This document shows, one piece after another, positions 54,566-63,017 of a DNA stretch of 63,017 bases. A program made the position numbers and the translations under genes. Numbering within the stretch: position 1 is the stretch's first letter; each line of letters begins with the position of its first letter. Origin of the DNA: a bacterium. GTDB lineage: Bacteria; UBA10199; 2-02-FULL-44-16; DYJF01. The notes under the pieces are model-generated. The model was given only the letters and a program-made list of their open reading frames with translations. It was not told where the DNA came from and searched no databases. The stretch covers positions 1 through 63,017 of the forward strand of contig JBGSNL010000037.1 in assembly GCA_041739675.1 (NCBI GenBank), read 5' to 3'.

Positions 54566-56274
54566 TGAACCTAAAGCACCGGATCGAAGTTGCGAGAGGC
54601 AAAAGGCCCGCTGATCTTATTTTGTCGAACGGGCGCGTTGTTTCCGTCCTTGCCGACGAGATCATAAAGGCCGACGTCGCCGTTGCCGACGGCGTTGTCG
54701 TCGGGTTCGGCGATTATAAGGCGAAAAAAAGGATCGACCTCAAAGGCGGATTCATCTCCTCCGGTCTCATCGACGGCCATCTTCACATCGAAAGCACTCT
54801 TTTGTCTCCGTGCGAATTCGCGCGGGCAGTCGTCCCGCATGGGACAACTTCTGTGGTCGCGGATCCTCACGAGATTGCTAACGTTTTGGGCTCCCGTGGG
54901 ATTCGCTACATGCTTGAAGCGAGCGAAGGGTTGCCCCTCGACATTTATCTCTCTCTTCCTTCATGCGTGCCGGCAACAAATCTGGAAACGTCGGGGGCGC
55001 GCCTCGGCGCCAAGGAGCTCAAAAAATTTGTGGGCAATCCCAGAATCGCGGGCGTGGGAGAGGTGATGGATTATCCCGGAGTTCTTGCGGGAAGGCCCTC
55101 GCTTTTGGCAAAAACCAAGCTCATGCCGGGTATGCGGGTCGACGGCCACGCGCCCGGCCTCACGGGCAAGGATCTGTATGCATATATAGCGGCAAATATA
55201 AGCTCCGATCATGAAAGTACGAGTGCAAAAGAGGCGCTCGAAAAACTCATGGCGGGCCTGCATATAATGATACGGGAAGGGACCACCGAAAAAAATCTCC
55301 GTGAACTGGCAAAGATGGTCACGCCCGCAAATTCGCACAGATGTTTTTTCTGTTCGGACGACAGGAGCCCGCTGGATCTTATGCGGGACGGTCACATCGA
55401 CGATATCTTGAGAAAGGCGATAGGGTACGGAATCCCGCCGATAACCGCCCTGCAGATGGCCACGAACAATGCGCCCTATTATTTCAGGCTCCCGACGAGG
55501 AAGGGCGCGGTGGCGGTAGGTTATGCGGCGGACCTGGTCATCTTCGACGATCTCAAAAAGTTTGATGCAAGGATGGTCTTTAAGAACGGTGTTCTGGTGG
55601 CAAGAGAAGGGAAGATGATCGCCCGATGCGAGCCCGAACGGAAAGTGAAGCAGGAAAACACGGTTCACGTTGGGAAAATACGCCCAAACTGCCTGGAGCT
55701 CTGGTCGACGAGAAAAAGAGCGCGCGTCATAAAGATTATTCCCGGACAGATCGTAACGGAGCAATCGATTGTGACAGTCAAAAAAGACAGGGGGCTCGTC
55801 GTTTCGGATACGAAGTCTGATATCTTGAAGCTTGCGGTCTTTGAGAGGCACAAGGCGTCCGGAAGGGTTGGCGTGGGGCTCGTTTGCGGTTTTGGTTTGA
55901 AAAACGGCGCGCTGGCGTCGACGGTCGCCCACGATTCGCACAATATAATAGTAGTTGGAACCAATGATGCCGATATGCTCTCGGCGGTTGAGGCGTTGAA
56001 AAAAATGGGCGGCGGATTTGTGGCCGTGACGGGCGGGAAGGTGCGCGCTGCAGTCGAGCTCCCGATCGCGGGCCTTATGACCGATGAAACAGTGGAAATC
56101 GTCTCGTCCAAATATGAAAGACTTCAGCGGGTCGCAAAAGAGTTGGGCTCAAAGATGGAAAATCCTTTTCTGCAGCTTTCATTTTTGGCGCTTCCCGTCA
56201 TTCCCGCGCTCAAGCTCACGGACAAGGGCCTTGTCGATGCGGTGGCCTTCAGGATCGTTCCACTTTTCATCTAG
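54565..56274 (+). CDS. ade: adenine deaminase
   Basis: DGHLHIES, DPHEIANV, DGHAP, SDHE, STVAHDSHN. Confidence 0.94.
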   Translation: MNLKHRIEVARGKRPADLILSNGRVVSVLADEIIKADVAVADGVVVGFGDYKAKKRIDLKGGFISSGLIDGHLHIESTLLSPCEFARAVVPHGTTSVVADPHEIANVLGSRGIRYMLEASEGLPLDIYLSLPSCVPATNLETSGARLGAKELKKFVGNPRIAGVGEVMDYPGVLAGRPSLLAKTKLMPGMRVDGHAPGLTGKDLYAYIAANISSDHESTSAKEALEKLMAGLHIMIREGTTEKNLRELAKMVTPANSHRCFFCSDDRSPLDLMRDGHIDDILRKAIGYGIPPITALQMATNNAPYYFRLPTRKGAVAVGYAADLVIFDDLKKFDARMVFKNGVLVAREGKMIARCEPERKVKQENTVHVGKIRPNCLELWSTRKRARVIKIIPGQIVTEQSIVTVKKDRGLVVSDTKSDILKLAVFERHKASGRVGVGLVCGFGLKNGALASTVAHDSHNIIVVGTNDADMLSAVEALKKMGGGFVAVTGGKVRAAVELPIAGLMTDETVEIVSSKYERLQRVAKELGSKMENPFLQLSFLALPVIPALKLTDKGLVDAVAFRIVPLFI

Positions 56275-57215
56275 TTTTTCATCGGAAATATCGCAGGAAT
56301 ATTCTGAAGCGGCACGTCCACACGAACGACATTTTCCTCGCCGCCTATCAAGACGGTGCCCAAGGCGTCGACAAGGGGTTTATTCGCTTCGCCCTGAAGC
56401 ATGTAGAGTGCTTTCATCCCCAAGAGAAACATCTTTAGGCCGCCCGCCTGTTCCGTGTCGGCACATTCAATCGAGAGGTGCAAAAGCCTCTGGTCGTCCG
56501 CCCAGAATTTCGCCAGGGCAAGCGACTGAAACTGCGGCGGCAAAATCTTCTTTATGCGCTCTGACGACTTGAGATAACCGAAAAAAGGCGAATCGATGGA
56601 CACGAACGGGAGAGCTTTTTCCTTCACCGGTTTTTGCAAAAGCAGTTGCTCCATCGAGTCTTTCGTCCCGACGATGAGATGGTTCCTGTCGGGCACGGAG
56701 AATGCGAAAAGGGCCTGATCGCCCTCCTGCGAATATAACGAGACTGCACCCACCGGCTTTGAAACAAGAGTCACGCTTTCGGAGGCAAGCTCTTTTTTTA
56801 TCGATTCGACAAAATTTATCTCCTTGAAATCACCCTGGACGATTACGAAAAACGAAATGGGTATTCCGGTGTCGCCAAGTATCGCGCTCATCGCGATCAT
56901 TCCGATTTTTGCCTGCGGCCCCAGAAGCGATCTGATTGTTTTTATCGCGGTGTCGTCTCCCTTGAAAAGCCCTTCCTCCAGAAAACCTTTAAGCTCCGGC
57001 ATGGCGGCGAGCCTGTGCACGTCGGCCACGACCGTGAAATCCGCGTTCTCGGGAAGCCAGCCCTCGATCATCGCCAGCTTCCTGGACGTTTCCATGGCGG
57101 GGTCGTAACGCGCAAACCGGAATATGTCGCCTTTGGTTTTGAACAAAACGGCGGCGGCTGCAAGGACGGCGACAACGATTGCAATTGTTATGACGAGCGA
57201 TTTTTTTATTTTCAT
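56271..57215 (-). CDS. membrane-anchored hypothetical protein
   Basis: N-terminal TM MKIKKSLVITIAIVVAVLAAAAVLF; ATG overlaps the upstream gene stop. Confidence 0.65.
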   Translation of the reverse strand: MKIKKSLVITIAIVVAVLAAAAVLFKTKGDIFRFARYDPAMETSRKLAMIEGWLPENADFTVVADVHRLAAMPELKGFLEEGLFKGDDTAIKTIRSLLGPQAKIGMIAMSAILGDTGIPISFFVIVQGDFKEINFVESIKKELASESVTLVSKPVGAVSLYSQEGDQALFAFSVPDRNHLIVGTKDSMEQLLLQKPVKEKALPFVSIDSPFFGYLKSSERIKKILPPQFQSLALAKFWADDQRLLHLSIECADTEQAGGLKMFLLGMKALYMLQGEANKPLVDALGTVLIGGEENVVRVDVPLQNIPAIFPMKN

Positions 57216-57952
57216 AGTGCCGTCCATGCCTCCACAAATTCCGCGATGGCCTCGCGAGCCTTTATAGCGCAATATTCGATTTTGTGCAGCGATAAAGTGT
57301 CTTTCGGGTGATGCATGATGTGGTGGGCAAGCTTTCCGGCCGAGAGTTTTCCGTCGGCGCCGATCACGTCGTCCATATCCGGCAGGTGTGTGTCTAAAGG
57401 ATCCAGAATCGCACGCACCACGATCGCAGGCATCTTGTTTGCGATGCAGCGCTCCATGAACGCCGAGCTTTCCATGTCTAGCGCGATGGCGTCATACTCC
57501 GTCCCGATGAAGGCCTTCTCATGAGGAGAAGATACAACCTTGCCGACGGTGACAAGGCCGCCGCGCATCGCCTTGAGCTCTTTTTGTCTGCATATGGTTG
57601 CCGCGCTGTCGGCAAGAGCGCCGTCGGAGTTGAACGCGGAGCCGCTATCCTGATCGATCACCGTCGTTGCAATGATGAGATCGCCGGCGCTCATGTGGGG
57701 GGTCGTCCCGCCTGCGTAGCCGACATTCAAGCACGACGACGCCTTGAAATTTGCAAGAAAGTAATCGACGACATTTTGCATCGCCTTTTTGCCGATGCCG
57801 CTCCTGATCAAAAATATCTGGCGATTGCCAAGCTGACCGCGGATTATAAGGGATGGTTTGAGATGAATCTGTTCGTCAACGGTCATCTTCGAGCGGACGA
57901 TTCTCACTTCCTCGTCCATGGCGGCAAAGATGGCGACGGGATTTTCATTCAT
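57212..57952 (-). CDS. nucleoside phosphorylase / MTA-SAH nucleosidase family (HpnG-like)
   Basis: FAAMDEE, SGIG, GYAGG, LDMESSA, VRAILD; coupled to hpnH. Confidence 0.8.
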   Translation of the reverse strand: MNENPVAIFAAMDEEVRIVRSKMTVDEQIHLKPSLIIRGQLGNRQIFLIRSGIGKKAMQNVVDYFLANFKASSCLNVGYAGGTTPHMSAGDLIIATTVIDQDSGSAFNSDGALADSAATICRQKELKAMRGGLVTVGKVVSSPHEKAFIGTEYDAIALDMESSAFMERCIANKMPAIVVRAILDPLDTHLPDMDDVIGADGKLSAGKLAHHIMHHPKDTLSLHKIEYCAIKAREAIAEFVEAWTAL

Positions 57953-58950
57953 AATAAAGTCCAGCGGGCCATGCGAAGTCCGTCTTTTATCGATTTGCCC
58001 GTTTCAAGCGCTACGGTCGCCTCAAAGCCGGAGTGGACCATGCAATGGAGGCAGCGTTTGTCGCGGCCCGGGCCGTAGTTGTCCCAGTTCACGCCGTTCA
58101 TGAACTCATCGAATTTTTCAAAATGCGTATCGGTTATGAGATAGCAGGGCGCCTTCCAGCCTTTGATGTTGTATGTGGCGTTCCCCCACGGCGTGCAGGC
58201 GAATTCGCGCAGCCCCGCCAGAAAATCGAGATACAGCGGTGTGGACCAGATGCGCTTGCCGTTACCGGCTTTTCTTATCGCCGCAAATTTTTCGTTGATC
58301 TCGGCCTTTGTGAGGAAGACCGACTGATCTGCGACATCTTCGTAGCAGTAGGCAGGAGAGAGCAAAATGCCGTTGACCCCCATGTCGTTTAACTCATCTA
58401 TCAATTGATGTATCTCCGAAACGGAAGTCTGTTTGTAGACAGTGGTGTTTGTGCAAACCGTAAAACCTCTGGAGCGGGCGGCCTTGATTCCCTCTACCGC
58501 TTTTGCGAACGCTCCCTTTTTTTCGACGATCGTGTCGTGGGTTTTTTCAAGACCGTCAAGATGCACGTTGAAGTTGAAAAAAGGATGCGGTTTGAAAAGG
58601 GAGAGCTTCTTTTCCATAACCTGGCCGTTAGTGCAAAGATATACTACGCGTCCGCGCTTTAATATCTCTGTGACGAGCTCTCCGATTTCAGGATAGAGAA
58701 GGGGTTCCCCTCCGCAGATCGATACGACAGGCGCCCCGCATTCATCGACCGCTCTCAGACAGTCCTTGATAGGTACCATCTTGGACATCGTATCCTTATA
58801 TTCGCGTATGCGTCCGCAGCCGGAGCATGTGAGATTGCACGCGTGGAGGGGCTCAAGCATCAAAACGAGCGGAAATCTCGGGACTTTTGCCCTTTTCTGC
58901 CGCGAAATATAACGGGCGATACGGACGGTCTGTCTGAACGGGAATCGCAT
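57949..58950 (-). CDS. hpnH: hopanoid radical-SAM adenosyl transferase HpnH
   Basis: FPLVLMLEPLHACNLTCSGCG, SICGGEPL, CTPWG, PCYLI, CMVHSGFE. Confidence 0.92.
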   Translation of the reverse strand: MRFPFRQTVRIARYISRQKRAKVPRFPLVLMLEPLHACNLTCSGCGRIREYKDTMSKMVPIKDCLRAVDECGAPVVSICGGEPLLYPEIGELVTEILKRGRVVYLCTNGQVMEKKLSLFKPHPFFNFNVHLDGLEKTHDTIVEKKGAFAKAVEGIKAARSRGFTVCTNTTVYKQTSVSEIHQLIDELNDMGVNGILLSPAYCYEDVADQSVFLTKAEINEKFAAIRKAGNGKRIWSTPLYLDFLAGLREFACTPWGNATYNIKGWKAPCYLITDTHFEKFDEFMNGVNWDNYGPGRDKRCLHCMVHSGFEATVALETGKSIKDGLRMARWTLL

Positions 58951-59059
58951 AAGTGGGCGTTTTGCTATCATGTGGGGCCAAGAAAAGCAAGCGGGGCCGC
59001 CTTGAATACATTGCTTGCCCCGCCCCGCCCATTTGTATATACATTTCGCGGAGGTAGCA

Positions 59060-60349
59060 ATGGGGCGCGACAAATCGGCCGGCCAGTTTGAAAGGGCCAA
59101 GCGCGTGATGCCCGGCGGGGTCTCCTCACCGGTGCGCGCTTTCAACGGCGTGGGAGGGATCCCCCCCTTTATCGCAAAGGCGAAGGGCTCCCATATCTGG
59201 GACGTCGACGGCAATGAGTACATAGATTACGTGGGAAGCTGGGGCCCGGCGATTTTAGGTCACGCGCATCCAAAGATCGTGGCCGCGCTGAATGAGGCCA
59301 TTGAAAACGGAACCAGCTTCGGCGCGCCCACCGAACTTGAAACCGAGCTCGCATCGATGATTTGCGGCGCCTACCCTTCGATGGAGATGGTGAGATTCGT
59401 CAACTCCGGCACAGAGGCGACGATGAGCGCGATACGGCTCGCGCGCGGGGTGACGGGCCGTTCTAAAATCGTAAAATTCGAAGGGTGCTATCACGGCCAC
59501 GCGGATTCGCTTCTTGTGAAGGCGGGTTCCGGTGCCGCCACTTGCGGCGAGCCGACGTCGGCGGGTATCATCGAAGAGACGGTCAAACATACAATCGTCT
59601 GCCGGTATAACGATCTCTCAGGATTTGAAAACGCGATGAAGGCGCACGGAAGGGAAGTTGCGTGCGTTATAGTGGAGCCGGTTGCCGGAAACATGGGTTG
59701 CGTTCCCCCTGCCGAAGGATTTTTGAAGGGGCTTCGTGACATAACAAAAAAGAGCGGCGCGCTTTTGATATTCGACGAGGTGATGACCGGTTTCAGGGTT
59801 GCCTTCGGCGGGGCGCAGGAGCTCTACAACATCAAACCGGATCTCACATGCCTTGGAAAAATAATCGGGGGAGGGTTGCCCGTCGGGGCGTATGGAGGCA
59901 GACGGGATTTTATGGAAAAAGTGTCTCCACTGGGCCCGGTCTATCAGGCCGGAACTCTCTCGGGGAATCCGCTCGCGATGACGGCTGGCATAAAGACTAT
60001 TGAACTTCTTTCCGAGCCGGGAGTTTATAAAAAGCTGGAAGAGATATCGTCTGCTCTCACTGACGGGATAAAAGAGGTCTTCGATGAATTTAAAATTCCG
60101 AACAGGATTAATCGCGTAGGCGCGATGTGGTCGATTTTCTTCACCGGCCGGCCGGTAACCGATTTTGTTTCAGCGGCAGAGAACGACGGCCCGAAGTTCA
60201 GAAAATTTTTTCATTTTCTCCTCGACGGCGGTATATATCTTGCGCCGTCACCTTTTGAATCGGCGTTTGTTTCCCTTGCACATTCTAAGGATGATGTCAG
60301 AAAAACGATTGACGTCATAAAACTATGGGCGGAAACTGAAAAGAAATGA
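59060..60349 (+). CDS. hemL: glutamate-1-semialdehyde 2,1-aminomutase
   Basis: [44 protein letters not shown]. Confidence 0.97.
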   Translation: MGRDKSAGQFERAKRVMPGGVSSPVRAFNGVGGIPPFIAKAKGSHIWDVDGNEYIDYVGSWGPAILGHAHPKIVAALNEAIENGTSFGAPTELETELASMICGAYPSMEMVRFVNSGTEATMSAIRLARGVTGRSKIVKFEGCYHGHADSLLVKAGSGAATCGEPTSAGIIEETVKHTIVCRYNDLSGFENAMKAHGREVACVIVEPVAGNMGCVPPAEGFLKGLRDITKKSGALLIFDEVMTGFRVAFGGAQELYNIKPDLTCLGKIIGGGLPVGAYGGRRDFMEKVSPLGPVYQAGTLSGNPLAMTAGIKTIELLSEPGVYKKLEEISSALTDGIKEVFDEFKIPNRINRVGAMWSIFFTGRPVTDFVSAAENDGPKFRKFFHFLLDGGIYLAPSPFESAFVSLAHSKDDVRKTIDVIKLWAETEKK

Positions 60350-60579
60350 CGGATAAAAACGAAAAAAACGATTGGTATGCTTCGTACGCGATATACAGCG
60401 TTGTGGGCATACAGCTTGCCGCGTCGGTTATCGCGGGCCTTTTTTTCGGGAGCTACATAGATAAAAAAATCGGAACGACACCGTGGCTCACGATCGCGGG
60501 TTTGATTCTCGGTTCGGCGGGAGGTTTTTACAATCTTTTCAAAATCGTAAATTGGCACAAGGGAAGGACAACAAGATGA
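60346..60579 (+). CDS. AtpZ/AtpI-family (ATPase gene 1) protein
   Basis: [18 protein letters not shown]; head of the Fo operon. Confidence 0.85.
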   Translation: MTDKNEKNDWYASYAIYSVVGIQLAASVIAGLFFGSYIDKKIGTTPWLTIAGLILGSAGGFYNLFKIVNWHKGRTTR

Positions 60580-60923
60580 AAGAAATCAGGTTGAGCGCGT
60601 TTCTTGTGGCGGCGGCCATGGCCCTTGCTTCGCTTTATTTCAGATCTGCTAACATAACCCTCTCGGTGATCGGCGGTTCTGCGATAGTCATTTTGAGTTT
60701 TGAGCTTTTGGGATTTGTGGTATCGCGCGCGGTAGGCAAAGGTAAGGGGTTATCTGCGGCGCTCGTGCTCATAGCCGTCTTTAAACTTTTACTTTTGGGA
60801 ACAGTGCTCTGGTTCGTGGTGACGCGCCTGCCGGTCAATGGGGTCGCGCTTCTTGTCGGTCTTTCGACGATTTTATGCGCGGTCGGGGTCTCAACCGTTA
60901 GGGACCTCCTGAAGGGGAACTGA
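60576..60923 (+). CDS. atpI: ATP synthase I chain
   Basis: Four TM helices, FKLLLLG; position before atpB. Confidence 0.7.
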   Translation: MKEIRLSAFLVAAAMALASLYFRSANITLSVIGGSAIVILSFELLGFVVSRAVGKGKGLSAALVLIAVFKLLLLGTVLWFVVTRLPVNGVALLVGLSTILCAVGVSTVRDLLKGN

Positions 60924-60927
60924 AAAA

Positions 60928-61644
60928 GTGGAAAAAGTCGAAATCATTCCATGGCTCGCAAAAAAACTCTCTCTGCCGGTTGAGATTGGTGAAGGCAACC
61001 TTCACATAGCAACTGCGGTCTTTGTCGCCCTCTCTCTTACGGTTGCGGCGATCCTCGCGTGGAGAAATCTTCGAAAGACAAAAGAGAACATCATACCGTC
61101 GAGAAGATTTTCAGTGGCCACGATATTTGAGATCACCGTCGAATCGGTTCTTCATCTGATGGAGGATATCATAGGCCCCAAGGCCCGTCGTTATTTTCCG
61201 CTTATCGCCTCGCTCTTTATTTATATATTATGCTGCGATCTCATCGGGGTGATCCCGGGTTTTGTGCCGCCAACGTCCAACATAAATACCAACTTCGCGT
61301 GCGCGATCTGCGTTTTTTTGTATTACAACTATGTGGGAATCAGGGAGCAGGGTTTTTCAAAGTACATAAAACACATGGCCGGCCCTGTTGTCTGGCTGGC
61401 GCCGCTCATTCTCACGATCGAGCTAACGAGCCACCTTGTGAGGCCCATATCGCTCTCCGTCCGTCTTTTCGGGAACATGGTGGGCGACCACATGGTCCTT
61501 GAAATGTTTTCCGGTCTCGTCCCGCTTCTGATCCCGATAGTGTTTATGGGATTGACGATTTTTGTGGCGTTTCTTCAGGCATTTGTGTTTAGTCTGCTCT
61601 CCATTATATATATTGCCCTTGCCACGCAGAAGGAAGGGCATTAA
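60928..61644 (+). CDS. atpB: F0 ATP synthase subunit a
   Basis: PPTSNIN, RPISLSVRLFGNM, LQAFVF. Confidence 0.96.
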   Translation: MEKVEIIPWLAKKLSLPVEIGEGNLHIATAVFVALSLTVAAILAWRNLRKTKENIIPSRRFSVATIFEITVESVLHLMEDIIGPKARRYFPLIASLFIYILCCDLIGVIPGFVPPTSNINTNFACAICVFLYYNYVGIREQGFSKYIKHMAGPVVWLAPLILTIELTSHLVRPISLSVRLFGNMVGDHMVLEMFSGLVPLLIPIVFMGLTIFVAFLQAFVFSLLSIIYIALATQKEGH

Positions 61645-61668
61645 ATAGCTTTTTTAAAGGAGGGGGTA

Positions 61669-61905
61669 ATGAACGCGACGTTTGCATGGGCCCTGGCGAT
61701 AGGTTCCGGAATAGCAATCGGGCTGGCGGCTTTTGGCGGTGCTTTGGGGCAGGGAAGGGCCGCTGCGGCAGCCCTGGAGGGGATTGCAAGGAACCCTGAG
61801 GCGTCATCCAAGATTCAAACCCCGATGATTATTGCATTGGCGCTGATCGAATCTTTGGTCATCTACGCATTGGTTATTGCATTTTTGCTTCAGGGAAAGA
61901 TATAG
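61669..61905 (+). CDS. atpE: F0 ATP synthase subunit c
   Basis: [12 protein letters not shown]...ALIESLVIY. Confidence 0.96.
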   Translation: MNATFAWALAIGSGIAIGLAAFGGALGQGRAAAAALEGIARNPEASSKIQTPMIIALALIESLVIYALVIAFLLQGKI

Positions 61906-61925
61906 AAGCGCAAATTTAGTTGGAG

Positions 61926-61999
61926 GCGCCTGTAGCTCAGCGGATTAGAGTATCTGGCTACGGACCAGAGGGTCGCAGGTTCGAATCCTGCCAGGCGCG
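61926..61999 (+). tRNA. tRNA-Arg(ACG)
   Basis: GCGCCTG/CAGGCGC acceptor stem, TCTGG-CTACGGA-CCAGA anticodon arm, GGTTCGAATCC. Confidence 0.95.
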
Positions 62000-63017
62000 C
62001 ATTTTCATCCTTCGTTCTCCAAAAAATCTCCAGACGCGGACTCCCAGACTTTCGTTCAGGTCGATCGCTTTATACGGGCATACCTCATGGCAGCAGTAAC
62101 ACTGTATGCATTTTTTATTAATCACGTAAGGCGCGGGACCCTTGGGATCGACAAGCGGTTTCCGATTTGTGTCGCACTCTTCAAAAGACATTTTCAGTTC
62201 GTCAGACGCTTCAATCGCCCCCACCGGGCAGCTCTTCACACAGAGCCCGCATCTTTGGCATCTCTTTTTTGAAATCACAGGTTTTATAGAAATTCTGTCC
62301 CAGATGCGGTGGATCACGAAGCGGGCCAGCCACCAGTCGCGCATGCCCTTTGTAAAAGTGGAAGGGAGATTGAACGAATGGGGTTTGCAGTTATCGAGAG
62401 TTTCTCCCACGATATCTATTTTGTCGCCGGGATTCCAGACGCCAATCGAAGTTGCCGCTTCGATCGTATCGACGTGGACGGGATCGAGGCCAATGAGTTT
62501 TGCGCACACGGTGTCAACGGCATGGTGGTTAGCGCCGGCGATAACCGTGCTCATTTTTACGAGCGCGCCGGACGACGGGCCGTTACCTTCCATGGCCACG
62601 ACGGCGTCGACAAGATTGAGCGCCGGTTTTGCAATCTCTGCTATTCTCACCATGAGTTTTGCAAAATCCGTCCGATCGGAAAACTTCTGGTGGTAGCGCG
62701 TCTTTTGAAGACCGGGAACGCATCCGAAAAGATTTTTCGTGGCGACTGTCAAGACCGTCAGACCGTGCGTCTTTAACCGGGGCAGGTTGACGATAAAATC
62801 GGCCTCGAGAACCGGTTTTGCGATGAGTATGCCGTCGCGGAGAACGCCCCCATCGCGCTCGAAAATTTTTTCCGCAACACCAAGTCTCTTGCAGACCTCG
62901 CGGATGCCCGTCCTCTCCCACACACAATCGATGGGGAAAATACCGTTTGCGCTGTCGCCCACCCAGATTTTGCAGCCAAGCTCGCGGAAGAGAATTATCG
63001 CGGCCTCCAGAAATGAC
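61958..63017 (-). CDS. DUF362 domain plus 2x[4Fe-4S] protein; 5' end beyond the window
   Basis: NLPRLKTH..T.ATKNLFG, MEGNGP, CQRCGLCVKSCP, CIQCYCCHEVCP. Confidence 0.88.
   Translation of the reverse strand, partial: SFLEAAIILFRELGCKIWVGDSANGIFPIDCVWERTGIREVCKRLGVAEKIFERDGGVLRDGILIAKPVLEADFIVNLPRLKTHGLTVLTVATKNLFGCVPGLQKTRYHQKFSDRTDFAKLMVRIAEIAKPALNLVDAVVAMEGNGPSSGALVKMSTVIAGANHHAVDTVCAKLIGLDPVHVDTIEAATSIGVWNPGDKIDIVGETLDNCKPHSFNLPSTFTKGMRDWWLARFVIHRIWDRISIKPVISKKRCQRCGLCVKSCPVGAIEASDELKMSFEECDTNRKPLVDPKGPAPYVINKKCIQCYCCHEVCPYKAIDLNESLGVRVWRFFGERRMKMRAWQDSNLRPSGP

Noticed and set aside
61669-61905. Na+-specific ATP synthase
   Set aside because: Subunit c has Q, E, S and Y but Leu instead of Thr after ES; ion specificity cannot be called from this.

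Overview
Chromosomal window from a bacterium with a deltaproteobacterial-type gene complement (Fo genes separate from F1, hopanoid genes, TIGR04551-like outer-membrane protein). It spans the replication-origin region (gyrB-dnaN-oriC-dnaA / rpmH-rnpA-yidD-yidC). It also carries gap-pgk-tpiA-secG-tRNA-Leu, a complete phosphate cluster (DUF47-pit-phoBR-pstSCABB-phoU), CIRCE-controlled groESL, tatABC, hpnH/hpnG-like genes, hemL, the Fo operon and tRNA-Arg. Unusual content: (1) a tRNA-Asn(GUU) split inside the anticodon (35/36) by a 255-nt ORF-less group I intron, with a free-standing HNH endonuclease gene ending 8 bp upstream of the tRNA; (2) a dispersed GCCCGC(C)-N11-(G)GCGGGC hairpin found four times, each directly 5' of a Shine-Dalgarno sequence; (3) archaeal-type GatD and GatE genes, divergent and separated by a sigma54-driven lipoprotein gene; (4) an AT-rich Ehr-type complex whose large subunit lacks the Ni-binding cysteine motifs; (5) a sigma54-driven small-ORF/comEA operon and a GIY-YIG/RNHCP fusion. 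All calls come from reading the sequence and recognising motifs; no searches were run.
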